Positions 48,053 to 58,472 of a stretch of 64,000 bases of DNA are shown one piece after another (position 1 is the first letter of the stretch; every line of letters starts with the position of its first letter). The notes beneath the pieces are model-generated. The model was not told the DNA's origin. It did not search any database and saw only the letters and a program-made list of their open reading frames with translations. A program made the position numbers and the translations under genes. The stretch comes from an uncultured Cyclobacteriaceae bacterium. Lineage in GTDB: Bacteria > Bacteroidota > Bacteroidia > Cytophagales > Cyclobacteriaceae. The stretch covers positions 13,488 through 77,487 of the forward strand of contig CALGOB010000159.1 of assembly GCA_937958005.1 (NCBI GenBank), given 5' to 3'.

Positions 48053-48433
48053 TTATTCTTCGGCTTCATTATTTAGCTCAGATTCTACTTCATGAAGTAA
48101 AACAGCATCAACCGCTTCAGCAACAGTAGGCATTATTTCTAGAACTTTATCTAACATGCTGATTTTAAGTAACTTCATTACATGATCGCTAACACCAGCT
48201 AATACAAAAACGCCTCCGTTTTCATTAAAAATTCTATTACCAACTAGTAAGGCACTCAATCCCGAAGAGTCACTATATTTTACATCAGACAAGTCAACAA
48301 TGATGTTTTTTACCCCTTCAGCATGGATTTGGGTAAATTCAGACTTCATAAAGGGAGAGATAGAAGAGTCTAACTTTTCTTCTTCCACTTTGAGCATCGA
48401 ATATTTCTCTTCTTTACTTGTAGTAGACTTCAT
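48053..48433 (-). CDS. STAS-domain protein (anti-sigma-factor-antagonist-like)
   Basis: DLS.V.Y.DSSGLSALL motif, 126 aa. The start overlaps the purC stop. Confidence 0.75.
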   Translation of the reverse strand: MKSTTSKEEKYSMLKVEEEKLDSSISPFMKSEFTQIHAEGVKNIIVDLSDVKYSDSSGLSALLVGNRIFNENGGVFVLAGVSDHVMKLLKISMLDKVLEIMPTVAEAVDAVLLHEVESELNNEAEE

Positions 48434-49362
48434 ATTAATTTATTTATTTGATCTTTGATCCTCTGTAACTTCCCATCGTAATGATCTTTTACAAAGTTTG
48501 TTCCCGTAAGTTTTTCAAAAAGCTCAATATAACGATCGGAAATGGAAATAACCAAATCATTAGTCATTTCAGGTATCTTTTGACCCGTTTTTCCTTGAAA
48601 ACCATTTTCAATAAGCCATTGTCTTACAAACTCTTTTGATAACTGTTTTTGAGGCTTGTTTTCGTTTTGAAGTTGTTCATAGGTATTTTGATAAAAATAC
48701 CTAGAAGAATCAGGTGTATGTATTTCATCTATTAGATAAATCTTGCCATCTAATTCTCCAAATTCATATTTTGTATCAACTAAAATTAAACCTCGTTCAT
48801 CAGCATATTTACTCCCAGCTTCAAATAATTGTTTGGTGTATTTTTCTAATTGGATATACTGATCTTCAGCTATTACTTTATTTCTTAAAATTTCTTCTCT
48901 TGAGATATCTTCATCATGTCCTTCATGGGCTTTGGTTGTAGGCGTGATGATTGGAGAAGGAAACTTATCATTCTCCTTCATTCCATCAGGCATATTAACA
49001 CCACATATTGTCCGTTTACCTGTTTTGTATTCGCGCCATGAATGGCCTGACAAATAGCCCCTGATAACCATTTCTACAGGAAATGGTTTGCATTTTTTTC
49101 CTATTGATAAATTAGGTTCAGGTGTAGACTCTAACCAGTTGGGTACCAAATCTCTTGTGTGATTTAAGAAGATAGTAGCTATTTGGTTAAGAACTTGTCC
49201 TTTGAAAGGAATTGCCTTTGGTAATATGACGTCAAAAGCGGAAATTCTGTCTGTTGCAACAATTGCTATCTTGTGTGGGAATTCATATACGTCCCTTACT
49301 TTCCCTGTATATTTTCCCGATTGCAAATTAAATTTAAAATCGGTGTCTTTTATCGCATCCAT
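48430..49362 (-). CDS. purC: Phosphoribosylaminoimidazole-succinocarboxamide synthase (long form)
   Basis: GKVRDVY, ATDRISAFD and LILVDTKYEFG motifs. ATG at 49362 is preferred to the TTG at 49395. Confidence 0.9.
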   Translation of the reverse strand: MDAIKDTDFKFNLQSGKYTGKVRDVYEFPHKIAIVATDRISAFDVILPKAIPFKGQVLNQIATIFLNHTRDLVPNWLESTPEPNLSIGKKCKPFPVEMVIRGYLSGHSWREYKTGKRTICGVNMPDGMKENDKFPSPIITPTTKAHEGHDEDISREEILRNKVIAEDQYIQLEKYTKQLFEAGSKYADERGLILVDTKYEFGELDGKIYLIDEIHTPDSSRYFYQNTYEQLQNENKPQKQLSKEFVRQWLIENGFQGKTGQKIPEMTNDLVISISDRYIELFEKLTGTNFVKDHYDGKLQRIKDQINKLI

Positions 49363-49445
49363 ATTGAAGCGCAAAGTTAAGTCTAAAATTTGCAATAAAA
49401 TGCTTTAATGGACTAAATATGCACGAAAATAGAAGATTACTAGTG

Positions 49446-49630
49446 TTAAACCTGTAATCTGGATTCGGAATTTGATCTAAACTATAACTAACAGTCATCT
49501 AGTCACTTAAATCCTCATTTCCTACTCATCTTAATGGAGACTATGTCTGCGTTGCAAATCAGAATTTAAGCAGCTATCTAACAGCTATTTAGGATTTTCT
49601 CTTAAAAGTCTAATGCATCATTCGGGTTAA
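49446..49630 (+). mobile_element. R2 MITE-like element, second copy
   Basis: The ~150-nt interior is near-identical to the reverse complement of 36937-37120. The right TIR TGCATCATTCGGGTTAA is intact and the left TIR has diverged. Confidence 0.75.
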
Positions 49631-49765
49631 ATTTAGAAAACACCAATATCTCACTTTTTGCTAGAATCCTTAAAAACCGAGGTATTGAATATATATATAA
49701 AAGGATAAATGTACTTCAAAACACTTCAAACAAAGGTTTTTGTCATTTTTTTAAATTCAGATAGA

Positions 49766-49813
49766 CCCTAGATAGCCGCTGGGGACCACCCTTGGGGCAG
49801 GGCTAGGTCATTT
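49766..49813 (+). repeat. R1 3'-module, diverged copy j
   Basis: CCCTAGATAGCCGCTGGGGACCACCCTTGGGGCAGGGCTAGGTCATTT versus consensus CCCATAGATACCCCGTACCCTTGGGTCGGGGTTGGTTCATTT. Abuts the stop of the histidine kinase gene. Confidence 0.6.
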
Positions 49814-51526
49814 CTAAATCACTTTTAAATGTTTGGTTAAGACTGATATTATCTTGTTGTGCTCCAGAGGTTTACTAAGAAATCCTTCAAAGCAGTTTTT
49901 AAAATCAGGATCTTCTTTTATGGTAATATCCGCAGATAAAGCATATATAGGGGTATTCTGATAATTTTTGAGTTTTTTGATTCTTTTTGTAGTTTCCATT
50001 CCTCCCATTTCAGGCATATGGATATCCATTAAAACTAGATCATACTGATTTTTTTGGTACTTAATGATTGCTTCTTTACCTGATTCTGCTATATCTACCT
50101 GAAGTCCCCATTTGCTCAAGGTCTTTTTGATCACCATTGCATTGATTTGATAGTCTTCTACCACAAGGACTTTTTGATTTTTAAGATCTAGGACAATTTT
50201 ATTTAGATTTTTTTCAGTACTCACCTGAACTCGTTCAAGTAATAATTTAAAAGTAAATTCTGAGCCTTTTCCAAGTGTTGATTGTACCATTATTCTAGAA
50301 TCAAAAAGCTTCAATAATTCTGTGACAATGCTCAAACCAAGACCTGATCCGCCATACTTTTTTGTGATGCTACTTGATAACTGAGAAAAACTAGAAAATA
50401 TACTATTTATCCGATCAGATGGGATACCAATTCCAGTATCAATAATTGAAAACGCAATGTGATCTTTGTCTGTAGTTGAATTTATTTTTTTGATTACAAT
50501 TCTAACAGACCCTTCGTGAGTGAATTTGATAGCATTATTGATAAGATTCCCAATAATTTGGGTAAATCGTAATTCATCTAATAGGTAGGTTTTATTTAAT
50601 GTTTTATCAATATCTAACTCTATGGAGATATTTTTTTCATTTGCGATAATATGATAAGCATTTTTGATATTTGAAATTAACCTTTTCAGGTCTATTGGAT
50701 TCATGTCCAAAGAGATTTTTCCAGCTTCTAACTTACTGAAATCCAATATGTCATTAATTATATTCATGAGATGGTCTGAAGAAAACTTCAATGAATTAAT
50801 CAAATCAGAATTGTCATTTGTATTTCCTTCTGAGAGTAGTTTAGAGATTGAAACAACAGCATTCAAAGGTGTTCGGATTTCATGACTCATCGAGGCGATA
50901 AAATCACGTTTTGCCTTAGAGGCCTTGATGGCATCATTTTTAGCATTAATCAGTTCACTTTCTGTTAAATCTATTGATTGATAGAATAGATAATAAAATA
51001 AACCTGCATGTATGCAGCAAATAACAGTGATGGAGAATTTAATGAATAAGGCTATTTCAGGAGCAATAGCTATAGGATCTATGAATGTTAAAGGGACGAA
51101 TTCACTTAGTAATAGAAAAATAGAATTGTAAAAAAAGAAAAACACAATTGAATACTTTTCTTCTTTTTTTAGAAAAATGAATGGATAAGAAAACGTAAGA
51201 ATCATAAAATACTCTATTCCTAAGCCTGGGCCTATTAAGAATATATAATAGTATATAGCTGGGGCAGAGTTAACATTAAGGAGATATCTGCCAGCTTTTT
51301 GATAATTAAAATAATTTAGAATAGGAGGTAGCAGGCATACTACTATAACAGCAAATATAATCAGCGCACCTCTTTGGTTTCCTTGTATGATAAAGAATAT
51401 TGCATATACAAGCAGTAGGCCAGAAACCCCAAAGCCAAATATGTTAATTGCTGATATTCTTGCTTTATCTTTTTTGCTTTGACCTGTGTCGATTCCTAGG
51501 TTTAGTAAATGCCTTAGCGTTTTCAT
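49814..51526 (-). CDS. Hybrid sensor histidine kinase / response regulator with polytopic membrane N-domain
   Basis: H-box SHEIRTPLNAV, N/G boxes (NLINNAIKFT; DTGIGI; GGSGLGL) and a receiver domain (VLVVED..DLVLMDIHMPEMGG..K). Confidence 0.9.
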   Translation of the reverse strand: MKTLRHLLNLGIDTGQSKKDKARISAINIFGFGVSGLLLVYAIFFIIQGNQRGALIIFAVIVVCLLPPILNYFNYQKAGRYLLNVNSAPAIYYYIFLIGPGLGIEYFMILTFSYPFIFLKKEEKYSIVFFFFYNSIFLLLSEFVPLTFIDPIAIAPEIALFIKFSITVICCIHAGLFYYLFYQSIDLTESELINAKNDAIKASKAKRDFIASMSHEIRTPLNAVVSISKLLSEGNTNDNSDLINSLKFSSDHLMNIINDILDFSKLEAGKISLDMNPIDLKRLISNIKNAYHIIANEKNISIELDIDKTLNKTYLLDELRFTQIIGNLINNAIKFTHEGSVRIVIKKINSTTDKDHIAFSIIDTGIGIPSDRINSIFSSFSQLSSSITKKYGGSGLGLSIVTELLKLFDSRIMVQSTLGKGSEFTFKLLLERVQVSTEKNLNKIVLDLKNQKVLVVEDYQINAMVIKKTLSKWGLQVDIAESGKEAIIKYQKNQYDLVLMDIHMPEMGGMETTKRIKKLKNYQNTPIYALSADITIKEDPDFKNCFEGFLSKPLEHNKIISVLTKHLKVI

Positions 51527-51719
51527 TCATGTTTATTGAAACTAAACATTATTTTTCATTGTAATATACTATTATCTATTGAGAATCATACACTGGAATT
51601 ATAAGGTAAATATCAAGTTTTTTGAATGGTTACAATTTTTGGGTGTACTCAAAGGATCGTATAATTAGGTGGAAAATAGATCTCGGCTGGGAAGGCCAAG
51701 GTCTATAGGTTTTATAATA

Positions 51720-54700
51720 TTATGTGAGAACACGATAGTTTATACTATCAAATTCATCTAATTTTTTAATGAATTCATCTGAAGGGTCTATTTTAGTTTT
51801 TCTTGATAGCATTGACAAATTCAACATTCTATTTTCATGAGGCATTGAGACATTCATTTTTAGATTGCAATTTCCTGGGTGCTCACTCATCAGGTGATGT
51901 AACTCATTAATAGATTGTACATTGATATCAGAAAGTAGCATTTGTAACTCTATACCTTTTGTGTATTTTTCTCTAATATCTGAAAGAGGGGCGATGTCAC
52001 TTATTTTAAATTCTAATTCTTCTGTATTCCATCTTGGTTTAGTAGTCCCTTTCATATAAAGAAACCAACCTTGCACAAAATATTCTTTGAATTTAATATA
52101 ATCTTGAGAAAATAAGTACATCGTGAAAGAGTCTGTATAGTCTTCTAAAGTGATGACACCAAATGGATTGCCTTTCTTAGTAGTTCTATGTTGTACCGCA
52201 GATACGATGCCTCCTATTTTAATAACCGATAACCTTGATAAGGCAGCAAGATCGTTTAGGTCAGCTAAACTGGCATTTGTAAAGTTGTCCATTTCAAACC
52301 TGAATTGATCCAATGGGTGACCTGATATGTATAACCCCACAACTTCCTTTTCGATATTTAGCTTTTCAATTTCCCCAAAAGGTTCCATTGTTTGCACACT
52401 GGGTACTGGTGTGGCAACACCAGAATCGCCCCCAAAAAGCGATGCTTGGGCACTAGCGCTTTCTGCTTGTAGTTTATTGGCGTATTTAATCGCTTTCTCA
52501 ATTAACGTAGTCTCAGCGCTGTCTTTGTGTAAATACTGTCTTCTGTGATAAGTGCCAAAACAGTCAAACCCACCTGACATGGCAAGGCTTTCAAACGTTT
52601 TTTTATTAACCGTTCTTAAATTTACACGGTTGGCAAAGTCAAAGAAATCAGTGAAATCTCCATTTTCATTTCTTTCTTCAATGATTGCATGTACAGCAGC
52701 ATCACCAGTGCCTTTGATAGCTCCTAGTCCAAAACGAATTTCACCTTCCTTATTTACATTAAAATTGACACCAGATTCATTGACATGGGGACCAAGTACA
52801 GGAATACGACTGTTCCTACATTCTTCCATAAAGAAAGAAACTTTTTCTATGTTGTTTTGATTGTGCGTTAGCACTGCAGCCATGTATTCGGCAGGGTAAT
52901 TTGCTTTTAAATAAGCCGTATGATAGGCTACTACTGAATAACAGGTAGAATGAGACTTGTTAAAGGCATAGGCAGCAAATGCTTCCCAATCTTTCCATAC
53001 TTTTTCTAAAATCTTGGGATCATGACCATTCTTTTTTCCTCCTTCAATAAATTGTGGTTTTAACTTTTCTAGAAGAGCAAAGATTTTTTTACCCATTGCT
53101 TTTCTTAAGACATCAGCTTCACCCTTTGTAAAACCTGCTAACTTTTGGGAGAGGCGCATCACCTGCTCTTGATAAACCGTAATTCCATAGGTTTCAGCCA
53201 AATATCCCTCCATGTCATCCAAGTCATAAGTGATAGGTTCTTCACCGTGCTTTCTTTTAATAAAGTTTGGAATATATTCCATAGGACCGGGCCTATACAA
53301 GGCATTCATTGCAATCAAATCTTCAAACCTATCTGGTCTTAAAGCTCTAAGGTGTTTTTGCATGCCCGGGGATTCAAATTGGAATGTCCCATTTGTTTCA
53401 CCTCTCTGATAAAGTTCATAAGTCTTTTGATCATCCAATGGAATCTGATCTGGGTCAATTTCTATGCCATGCCTTTCTTTTACATTGGCAATTGCTGTCT
53501 TTATAATAGAAAGGGTTTTTAGCCCTAAGAAGTCCATTTTCAACATGCCGGCATCTTCTACCACACTGTTGTCAAATTGTGTGACAAACATGTCAGAATC
53601 CTTGGCCGTTGCTACTGGGATAAATTTAGTAATGTCATCAGGTGTAATGATAACACCACACGCATGCACCCCTGTATTTCTCACAGACCCTTCTAACACA
53701 GTAGCTTGTTGGATTACTTGTGCCCTAAGGTCTTTTCCTTTTCTTATAGACTCAAGTTCTTCTACTTCATCAAAAGCTTTGGATAGAGAAGTCCCGGGTC
53801 GCTCTGGGATCAATTTAGCAATTGAATCGGTGTCTGGGAGACTTAGCTCCATTACTCGCCCAGCATCTCTAATGGATGATTTGGCAGCCATAGTACCATA
53901 AGTAATGATCTGAGCTACTTGATTTTTCCCGTATTTATCTATTACATAATTGATTACTTTTTCACGGCCTTCATCATCAAAATCTATATCAATATCAGGT
54001 AATGAAACTCTATCTGGATTCAGGAAACGCTCAAAAAGTAAATCATAGGCAATAGGGTCTACATTAGTAATGCCAATACAATAGGCAACCACTGAGCCTG
54101 CAGCGGACCCTCTTCCTGGCCCCACCGCTACCCCCATATTCCTTGCTTCAGAAGTAAAGTCCTGTACAATCAAGAAATAACCAGGGTATCCTGAATTAGC
54201 GATTGTTTTCAGTTCAAAATCAAGTCGTTCTGTGATTTCAGGTGTAATTTCATCATATCGTTTTTTTGCACCCTCATAGGTAAGGTGTCGTAAGAAATTA
54301 TTTTCCCCTCTTTTTCCACCATCTTCTTCATCTTTAGCATCCTTAAATTCTTCTGGGATATCAAAAGCAGGAAGTAATACATCACGCTCTAATTTATAAG
54401 ACTCTACTTTATCAACTAATTCATTAATATTTTCTAATGCTTCAGGAATATCCAAAAATAATTTTTTCATCTCATCTTGAGACTTGAAAAAATATTGATT
54501 GTTGGCAAATCCATACCTAAACCCCCTGCCTCTACCAATAGGGGTAGATTTCATTTCACCTTCTTTTACACATAGTAGGACATCATGTGCTTCGGAGTCT
54601 TCTTTGGTGAGGTAATAAACTTCATTAGCCGCAATGATTTTGACACCATACTTTCTAGCAAAATCAACTAAGACATCATTTACATGATCTTCTTCATCCA

Positions 54701-55946
54701 GACCATGGCGAATTAGTTCTACATAGAAATCTTCACCAAATACATTATGCCACCATTGAAAGGCTTCTTCTGCTTGGGTCTCACCCACATTTAGGATTAG
54801 ACCAGGTATTTCAGAGGCTAATCCTCCAGTAAGGGCAATAACTCCTTCTTTGTACTGAACGACTAATTCTTTATCAATCCTAGGATATAACCCATAGAGT
54901 CCTTCCTCATATCCTAAAGAACTTAATTTTGCCAGGTTATGGTAGCCAACTTTGTTCTTAGCTAATAAGACCTGATTATTCCTTCTATCTGGAGCGTCTT
55001 TTGTGAATTTATGTTTCAGTCTCTCCTCTGAAATGAAAAATTCACAACCAACTATCGGTTTGATATCGTTTTTTAGTGCTTCCCTTACAAAATGAAAGGC
55101 ACCAAACATATTACCAAAATCAGTAATGGCAACTGCAGGCATTTCTTCTTCCTTAGCCTTTGCAATGATCCCTTTAATATTAGGGGTTGCTTGAAGTATA
55201 GAGAACTGTGAATGCAGGTGCAAGTGGCTAAAAGGAGTTTTTATATCCTTCAGTTGGGCTTTTTTACCACTAAATTGACCACCAGCCTTTTTATCTTTCT
55301 TAGCGAAATTGGCAGCATCTAATTTAGGAGCTTCATAAGTGATTTCTGCAACAGGAGTACCGTCCAGTGGTTCTACTACACCTTCTTTAATTAACCCAAA
55401 AAAAGCTTTAGAAGTAGCATCTACATCATATGCTGCATCATGAGCATCTTCAAATCCTACACCGAATAATTTGGTGTAAAGTTCGATCAGTTTTGGTTTT
55501 TTTAACCTGCCACCAGTCCCCCCAGCTAATTGACAATATTGAATGGAAACTTCAGAAGTATCTATATCAAAAATTTCTTGAAGATTATTTTCTATATCAG
55601 TACGGACATACTCGGCACCTACAATCTTATTGTCAAATTCGACATTGTGGCCAATGGTGGCTTGTGTCTTAGAGAGATCTTCTTTGAAAATTTCCAGCAC
55701 TTTTGCTAGATCATGTCCTTCTTCCAAAGCCCTTTTAGTACTGATGCCATGGATCTTCTCGGCATTAAAGGGAATGGTGAAATCAACTGGTTTTATAATG
55801 TAATTTTTGTTGCTGATCAATTCACCATTTGGGCCATGCAATTGCCACGCTAATTGTACCAGTCTAGGCCAGTTATCAGTGTCGGTTATGGGAGCCGAAT
55901 AACTTTTCGGCAGTCCAGTGGTTTCTGTATCAAAAATTAAATACAT
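51720..55946 (-). CDS. dnaE: DNA polymerase III alpha subunit with fused N-terminal DnaQ-like 3'-5' exonuclease domain
   Basis: 1408 aa. Exo motifs IFDTETTGL, GHNVEFD and HDAAYDVD fall in the first ~190 aa. Then a PHP domain (HLHLHSQFSIL), the polymerase core and an OB fold. Confidence 0.9.
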   Translation of the reverse strand: MYLIFDTETTGLPKSYSAPITDTDNWPRLVQLAWQLHGPNGELISNKNYIIKPVDFTIPFNAEKIHGISTKRALEEGHDLAKVLEIFKEDLSKTQATIGHNVEFDNKIVGAEYVRTDIENNLQEIFDIDTSEVSIQYCQLAGGTGGRLKKPKLIELYTKLFGVGFEDAHDAAYDVDATSKAFFGLIKEGVVEPLDGTPVAEITYEAPKLDAANFAKKDKKAGGQFSGKKAQLKDIKTPFSHLHLHSQFSILQATPNIKGIIAKAKEEEMPAVAITDFGNMFGAFHFVREALKNDIKPIVGCEFFISEERLKHKFTKDAPDRRNNQVLLAKNKVGYHNLAKLSSLGYEEGLYGLYPRIDKELVVQYKEGVIALTGGLASEIPGLILNVGETQAEEAFQWWHNVFGEDFYVELIRHGLDEEDHVNDVLVDFARKYGVKIIAANEVYYLTKEDSEAHDVLLCVKEGEMKSTPIGRGRGFRYGFANNQYFFKSQDEMKKLFLDIPEALENINELVDKVESYKLERDVLLPAFDIPEEFKDAKDEEDGGKRGENNFLRHLTYEGAKKRYDEITPEITERLDFELKTIANSGYPGYFLIVQDFTSEARNMGVAVGPGRGSAAGSVVAYCIGITNVDPIAYDLLFERFLNPDRVSLPDIDIDFDDEGREKVINYVIDKYGKNQVAQIITYGTMAAKSSIRDAGRVMELSLPDTDSIAKLIPERPGTSLSKAFDEVEELESIRKGKDLRAQVIQQATVLEGSVRNTGVHACGVIITPDDITKFIPVATAKDSDMFVTQFDNSVVEDAGMLKMDFLGLKTLSIIKTAIANVKERHGIEIDPDQIPLDDQKTYELYQRGETNGTFQFESPGMQKHLRALRPDRFEDLIAMNALYRPGPMEYIPNFIKRKHGEEPITYDLDDMEGYLAETYGITVYQEQVMRLSQKLAGFTKGEADVLRKAMGKKIFALLEKLKPQFIEGGKKNGHDPKILEKVWKDWEAFAAYAFNKSHSTCYSVVAYHTAYLKANYPAEYMAAVLTHNQNNIEKVSFFMEECRNSRIPVLGPHVNESGVNFNVNKEGEIRFGLGAIKGTGDAAVHAIIEERNENGDFTDFFDFANRVNLRTVNKKTFESLAMSGGFDCFGTYHRRQYLHKDSAETTLIEKAIKYANKLQAESASAQASLFGGDSGVATPVPSVQTMEPFGEIEKLNIEKEVVGLYISGHPLDQFRFEMDNFTNASLADLNDLAALSRLSVIKIGGIVSAVQHRTTKKGNPFGVITLEDYTDSFTMYLFSQDYIKFKEYFVQGWFLYMKGTTKPRWNTEELEFKISDIAPLSDIREKYTKGIELQMLLSDINVQSINELHHLMSEHPGNCNLKMNVSMPHENRMLNLSMLSRKTKIDPSDEFIKKLDEFDSINYRVLT

Positions 55947-56172
55947 ATATGGGTTATTTCTAAGGTGCAGTAGGTACTAAATACCTATAAAACAAATGTA
56001 ACAAAGACTGAATATTTAACCTAAACTTAACTTCAATCAAATTGTATAAACCTGATTCCTATTGATCATTAGAAGTAAATTTCTATTCAAATTTAAAGGT
56101 GGTTAAAGCTTGGTTCATTTGCAGTAATCTGTCTTATTAAGCTAAATTACTCTTTCATTAAAGAAAAATAAA

Positions 56173-56484
56173 ATGATAACCTGTTATGTGAATTATGTGA
56201 TTGATCCTTATAAACTAGAGGAATTTGTGATTTATGCCAAGAAATGGATCCCTTTAGTAGAGCGATTTGGAGGGGAGCATCATGGTTATTTTTTACCACA
56301 CGAAGGACCGAACAATATTGCTATAACATTATTCAGTTTTGAATCTTTAGCAGATTATGAGCAATATAGAATCGATAGTATGAAAGATCAAGATTGTTTG
56401 GATGCTTATGAATATGCGAAGAAAACTAGATGTATTATAAGTTATGAACGCTCTTTTATGAAACCAATATTTAACGAGCAATGA
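56173..56484 (+). CDS. NIPSNAP-like / dimeric alpha-beta-barrel small protein
   Basis: 103 aa. W.P..ERFGG.H.GYF.P.EG.NN.A..LF.F.SLA.YE.YR resembles NIPSNAP. Confidence 0.6.
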   Translation: MITCYVNYVIDPYKLEEFVIYAKKWIPLVERFGGEHHGYFLPHEGPNNIAITLFSFESLADYEQYRIDSMKDQDCLDAYEYAKKTRCIISYERSFMKPIFNEQ

Positions 56485-57128
56485 GGTTTGTTCTTGTTTT
56501 TATTTGTATGCAAATAGTCGTTGGTTTCAAGGTAATAGCAGAGGATAGTAACAGAAATTTTATTACTGAAAATGATCGGTTAGATGACCTAGGCAATCAT
56601 GATGATGTAAGAGATGGTGAATGCTTACCAGTTGTGGGGGTATTGGTGTTGGGAACCACTTTTTCTTCAGGCGGATATGGAGTTGTACAAGTTTTAAGGG
56701 CAAAACGAATTGCTGAACAAATGGCAGAGAAATACTATCCAGATAGCACAAATGCTGGCCAACGAGGTGATGCATTTAGGCATGTTTATGTCAGCGTGCT
56801 TTTGAAGAAGTATTTAGGGCGGGGAGGAGCATGGTTTATTATGGGCGGTGTTGAGTTTATTCAAGGAGTTAGAGGTAGTAATAGGCCTCAAGATAAGTAC
56901 ATGGATTTTCATAATAATTATTTAGGAAGAAAAGTAAATTATAAGCTTTTTGTGAAAAAAGGAGAAGATAATGATTGGATGACTATCAGTAAGAGGGTTA
57001 AAAAATTTATAGATGATCCCAGAAATGGGATAAGATTGAGTTGGAAAAAAAATCCACCTGAGAAAAATAAGTCAGCTAAAAAAATCGCTTCGGAAGTGTC
57101 AGAAGATAAATTTATTTGGTATGATTGA
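56481..57128 (+). CDS. Hypothetical secreted protein (GDAFRH ... DFHNN motifs)
   Basis: ATGA-coupled to the previous gene, with a hydrophobic N-terminus. No family recognised. Confidence 0.6.
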   Translation: MRFVLVFICMQIVVGFKVIAEDSNRNFITENDRLDDLGNHDDVRDGECLPVVGVLVLGTTFSSGGYGVVQVLRAKRIAEQMAEKYYPDSTNAGQRGDAFRHVYVSVLLKKYLGRGGAWFIMGGVEFIQGVRGSNRPQDKYMDFHNNYLGRKVNYKLFVKKGEDNDWMTISKRVKKFIDDPRNGIRLSWKKNPPEKNKSAKKIASEVSEDKFIWYD

Positions 57129-57443
57129 ATCGCGTTCAGCATATTGGTGAGTTGGAAGTATTTCATTCTTGATAGATTTATTAAGAGATTATCGTTTCAA
57201 TAAGTAATTGTGTCTTTTTATTACAAGATACGGTGGGTACAATTGAGAAATTTTTATGTTTTTGGGATTGAAATTAATTATGTCATTTAACCAGATTTGT
57301 GAAGATGTCAAATGAAAGCAGCACGACTGTTTAGGTATTTTATAATTTACAATGGAACATTTTAAAGTTTTTGTGTGTAGAACACTAGAACTCTTTAATT
57401 GAATGAGATAGACTCATTTTTATTTTAATGTAGGATAATTATT

Positions 57444-58472
57444 ATGAAAAGAAACCCCCACTTAGTAGTAAAAACTGTTTTTTTACAAATTTTTGTTTTC
57501 TTATTAACGTCGATCTTTGCTTTAGATACTTCAGCACAAAAGAGAACTAATCCTGACAACCAAAGTGAGGAGTTAGGAAAAGTTAGTTGGTATAGGGATT
57601 ATGACCAAGCTGTAAAATTGGCTCATGATCAGGGAAAAGCCATACTAATACTGTTTCAGGAAATCCCAGGCTGTGCTACCTGTAGAAATTACGGACATAA
57701 TGTTTTGACTCATCCGTTAATGGTCGAAGCCATTGAAAACTCATTTATTCCATTAGCAATTTATAACAATAAAGGAGGAAAGGACAGAGAAATTTTAAAG
57801 AAATTTAAAGAGCCAAGTTGGAATAATCCTGTGGTTAGAATTGTAAGTGACAATGGTTGGGATATTGTTCCACGAGTTGCTGGTAATTATTCCTCGTTAG
57901 GTTTATATAAAGCGATGTCTTCGGCTTTAAAACAGAGAGATAAAACCTTACCTGAGTATATGAAATTATTAGGAGAGGAGCTTGCTGCAGTAGACAACAA
58001 CAATGTAAAAGAGAAATACTTTAAAATGTATTGCTTTTGGAGTGGAGAGAAACATTTGGGAAAAGTGGAAGGTGTTTTATCTACTAAAGCAGGGTTCTTA
58101 AATGGGTATGAAGTAGTAAAAGTGAAATATGATGAACGATTTATAAGCGAGAATTTATTGGATGAGTATGCAGACAAGGCAAGCTGTTCCCCTATAGGAA
58201 ATGGACAATCGTATCGGTATTCCGATAGGGATCATTTATTTTATTTGCAGAAGACTGCTTATAAATATATTCCATTGACAGAAATCCAGAAGACTAAAAT
58301 TAATAGTGCACTCGGTAGTGGTCAGTCTGGGAAACGATACTTGAGCCCGCAGCAAGAGAAATGGTTGAATCAAGTTAGTAAAACTTCTAATCCAGGATCT
58401 GAGCTTTTTGATAAAGACATATTAACTGCTTGGTCAATGAAGTCTGCTACTAGCAAGAATTTGAATCCCTAA
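57444..58472 (+). CDS. Secreted thioredoxin-fold / MsrA-like fusion protein
   Basis: Signal peptide. Trx-like N-half with IPGCATC. The C-half has MYCFWSGE..G.VEGV..T.AG, resembling the MsrA GCFWG motif. The last three codons and TAA stop lie inside R1 copy f. Confidence 0.75.
   Translation: MKRNPHLVVKTVFLQIFVFLLTSIFALDTSAQKRTNPDNQSEELGKVSWYRDYDQAVKLAHDQGKAILILFQEIPGCATCRNYGHNVLTHPLMVEAIENSFIPLAIYNNKGGKDREILKKFKEPSWNNPVVRIVSDNGWDIVPRVAGNYSSLGLYKAMSSALKQRDKTLPEYMKLLGEELAAVDNNNVKEKYFKMYCFWSGEKHLGKVEGVLSTKAGFLNGYEVVKVKYDERFISENLLDEYADKASCSPIGNGQSYRYSDRDHLFYLQKTAYKYIPLTEIQKTKINSALGSGQSGKRYLSPQQEKWLNQVSKTSNPGSELFDKDILTAWSMKSATSKNLNP

Noticed and set aside
52327-55672. Plus-strand ORFs inside dnaE (52327, 52552, 53145, 53464, 55430)
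   Set aside because: They are antisense shadows of a 1408-aa gene with clear polymerase motifs.
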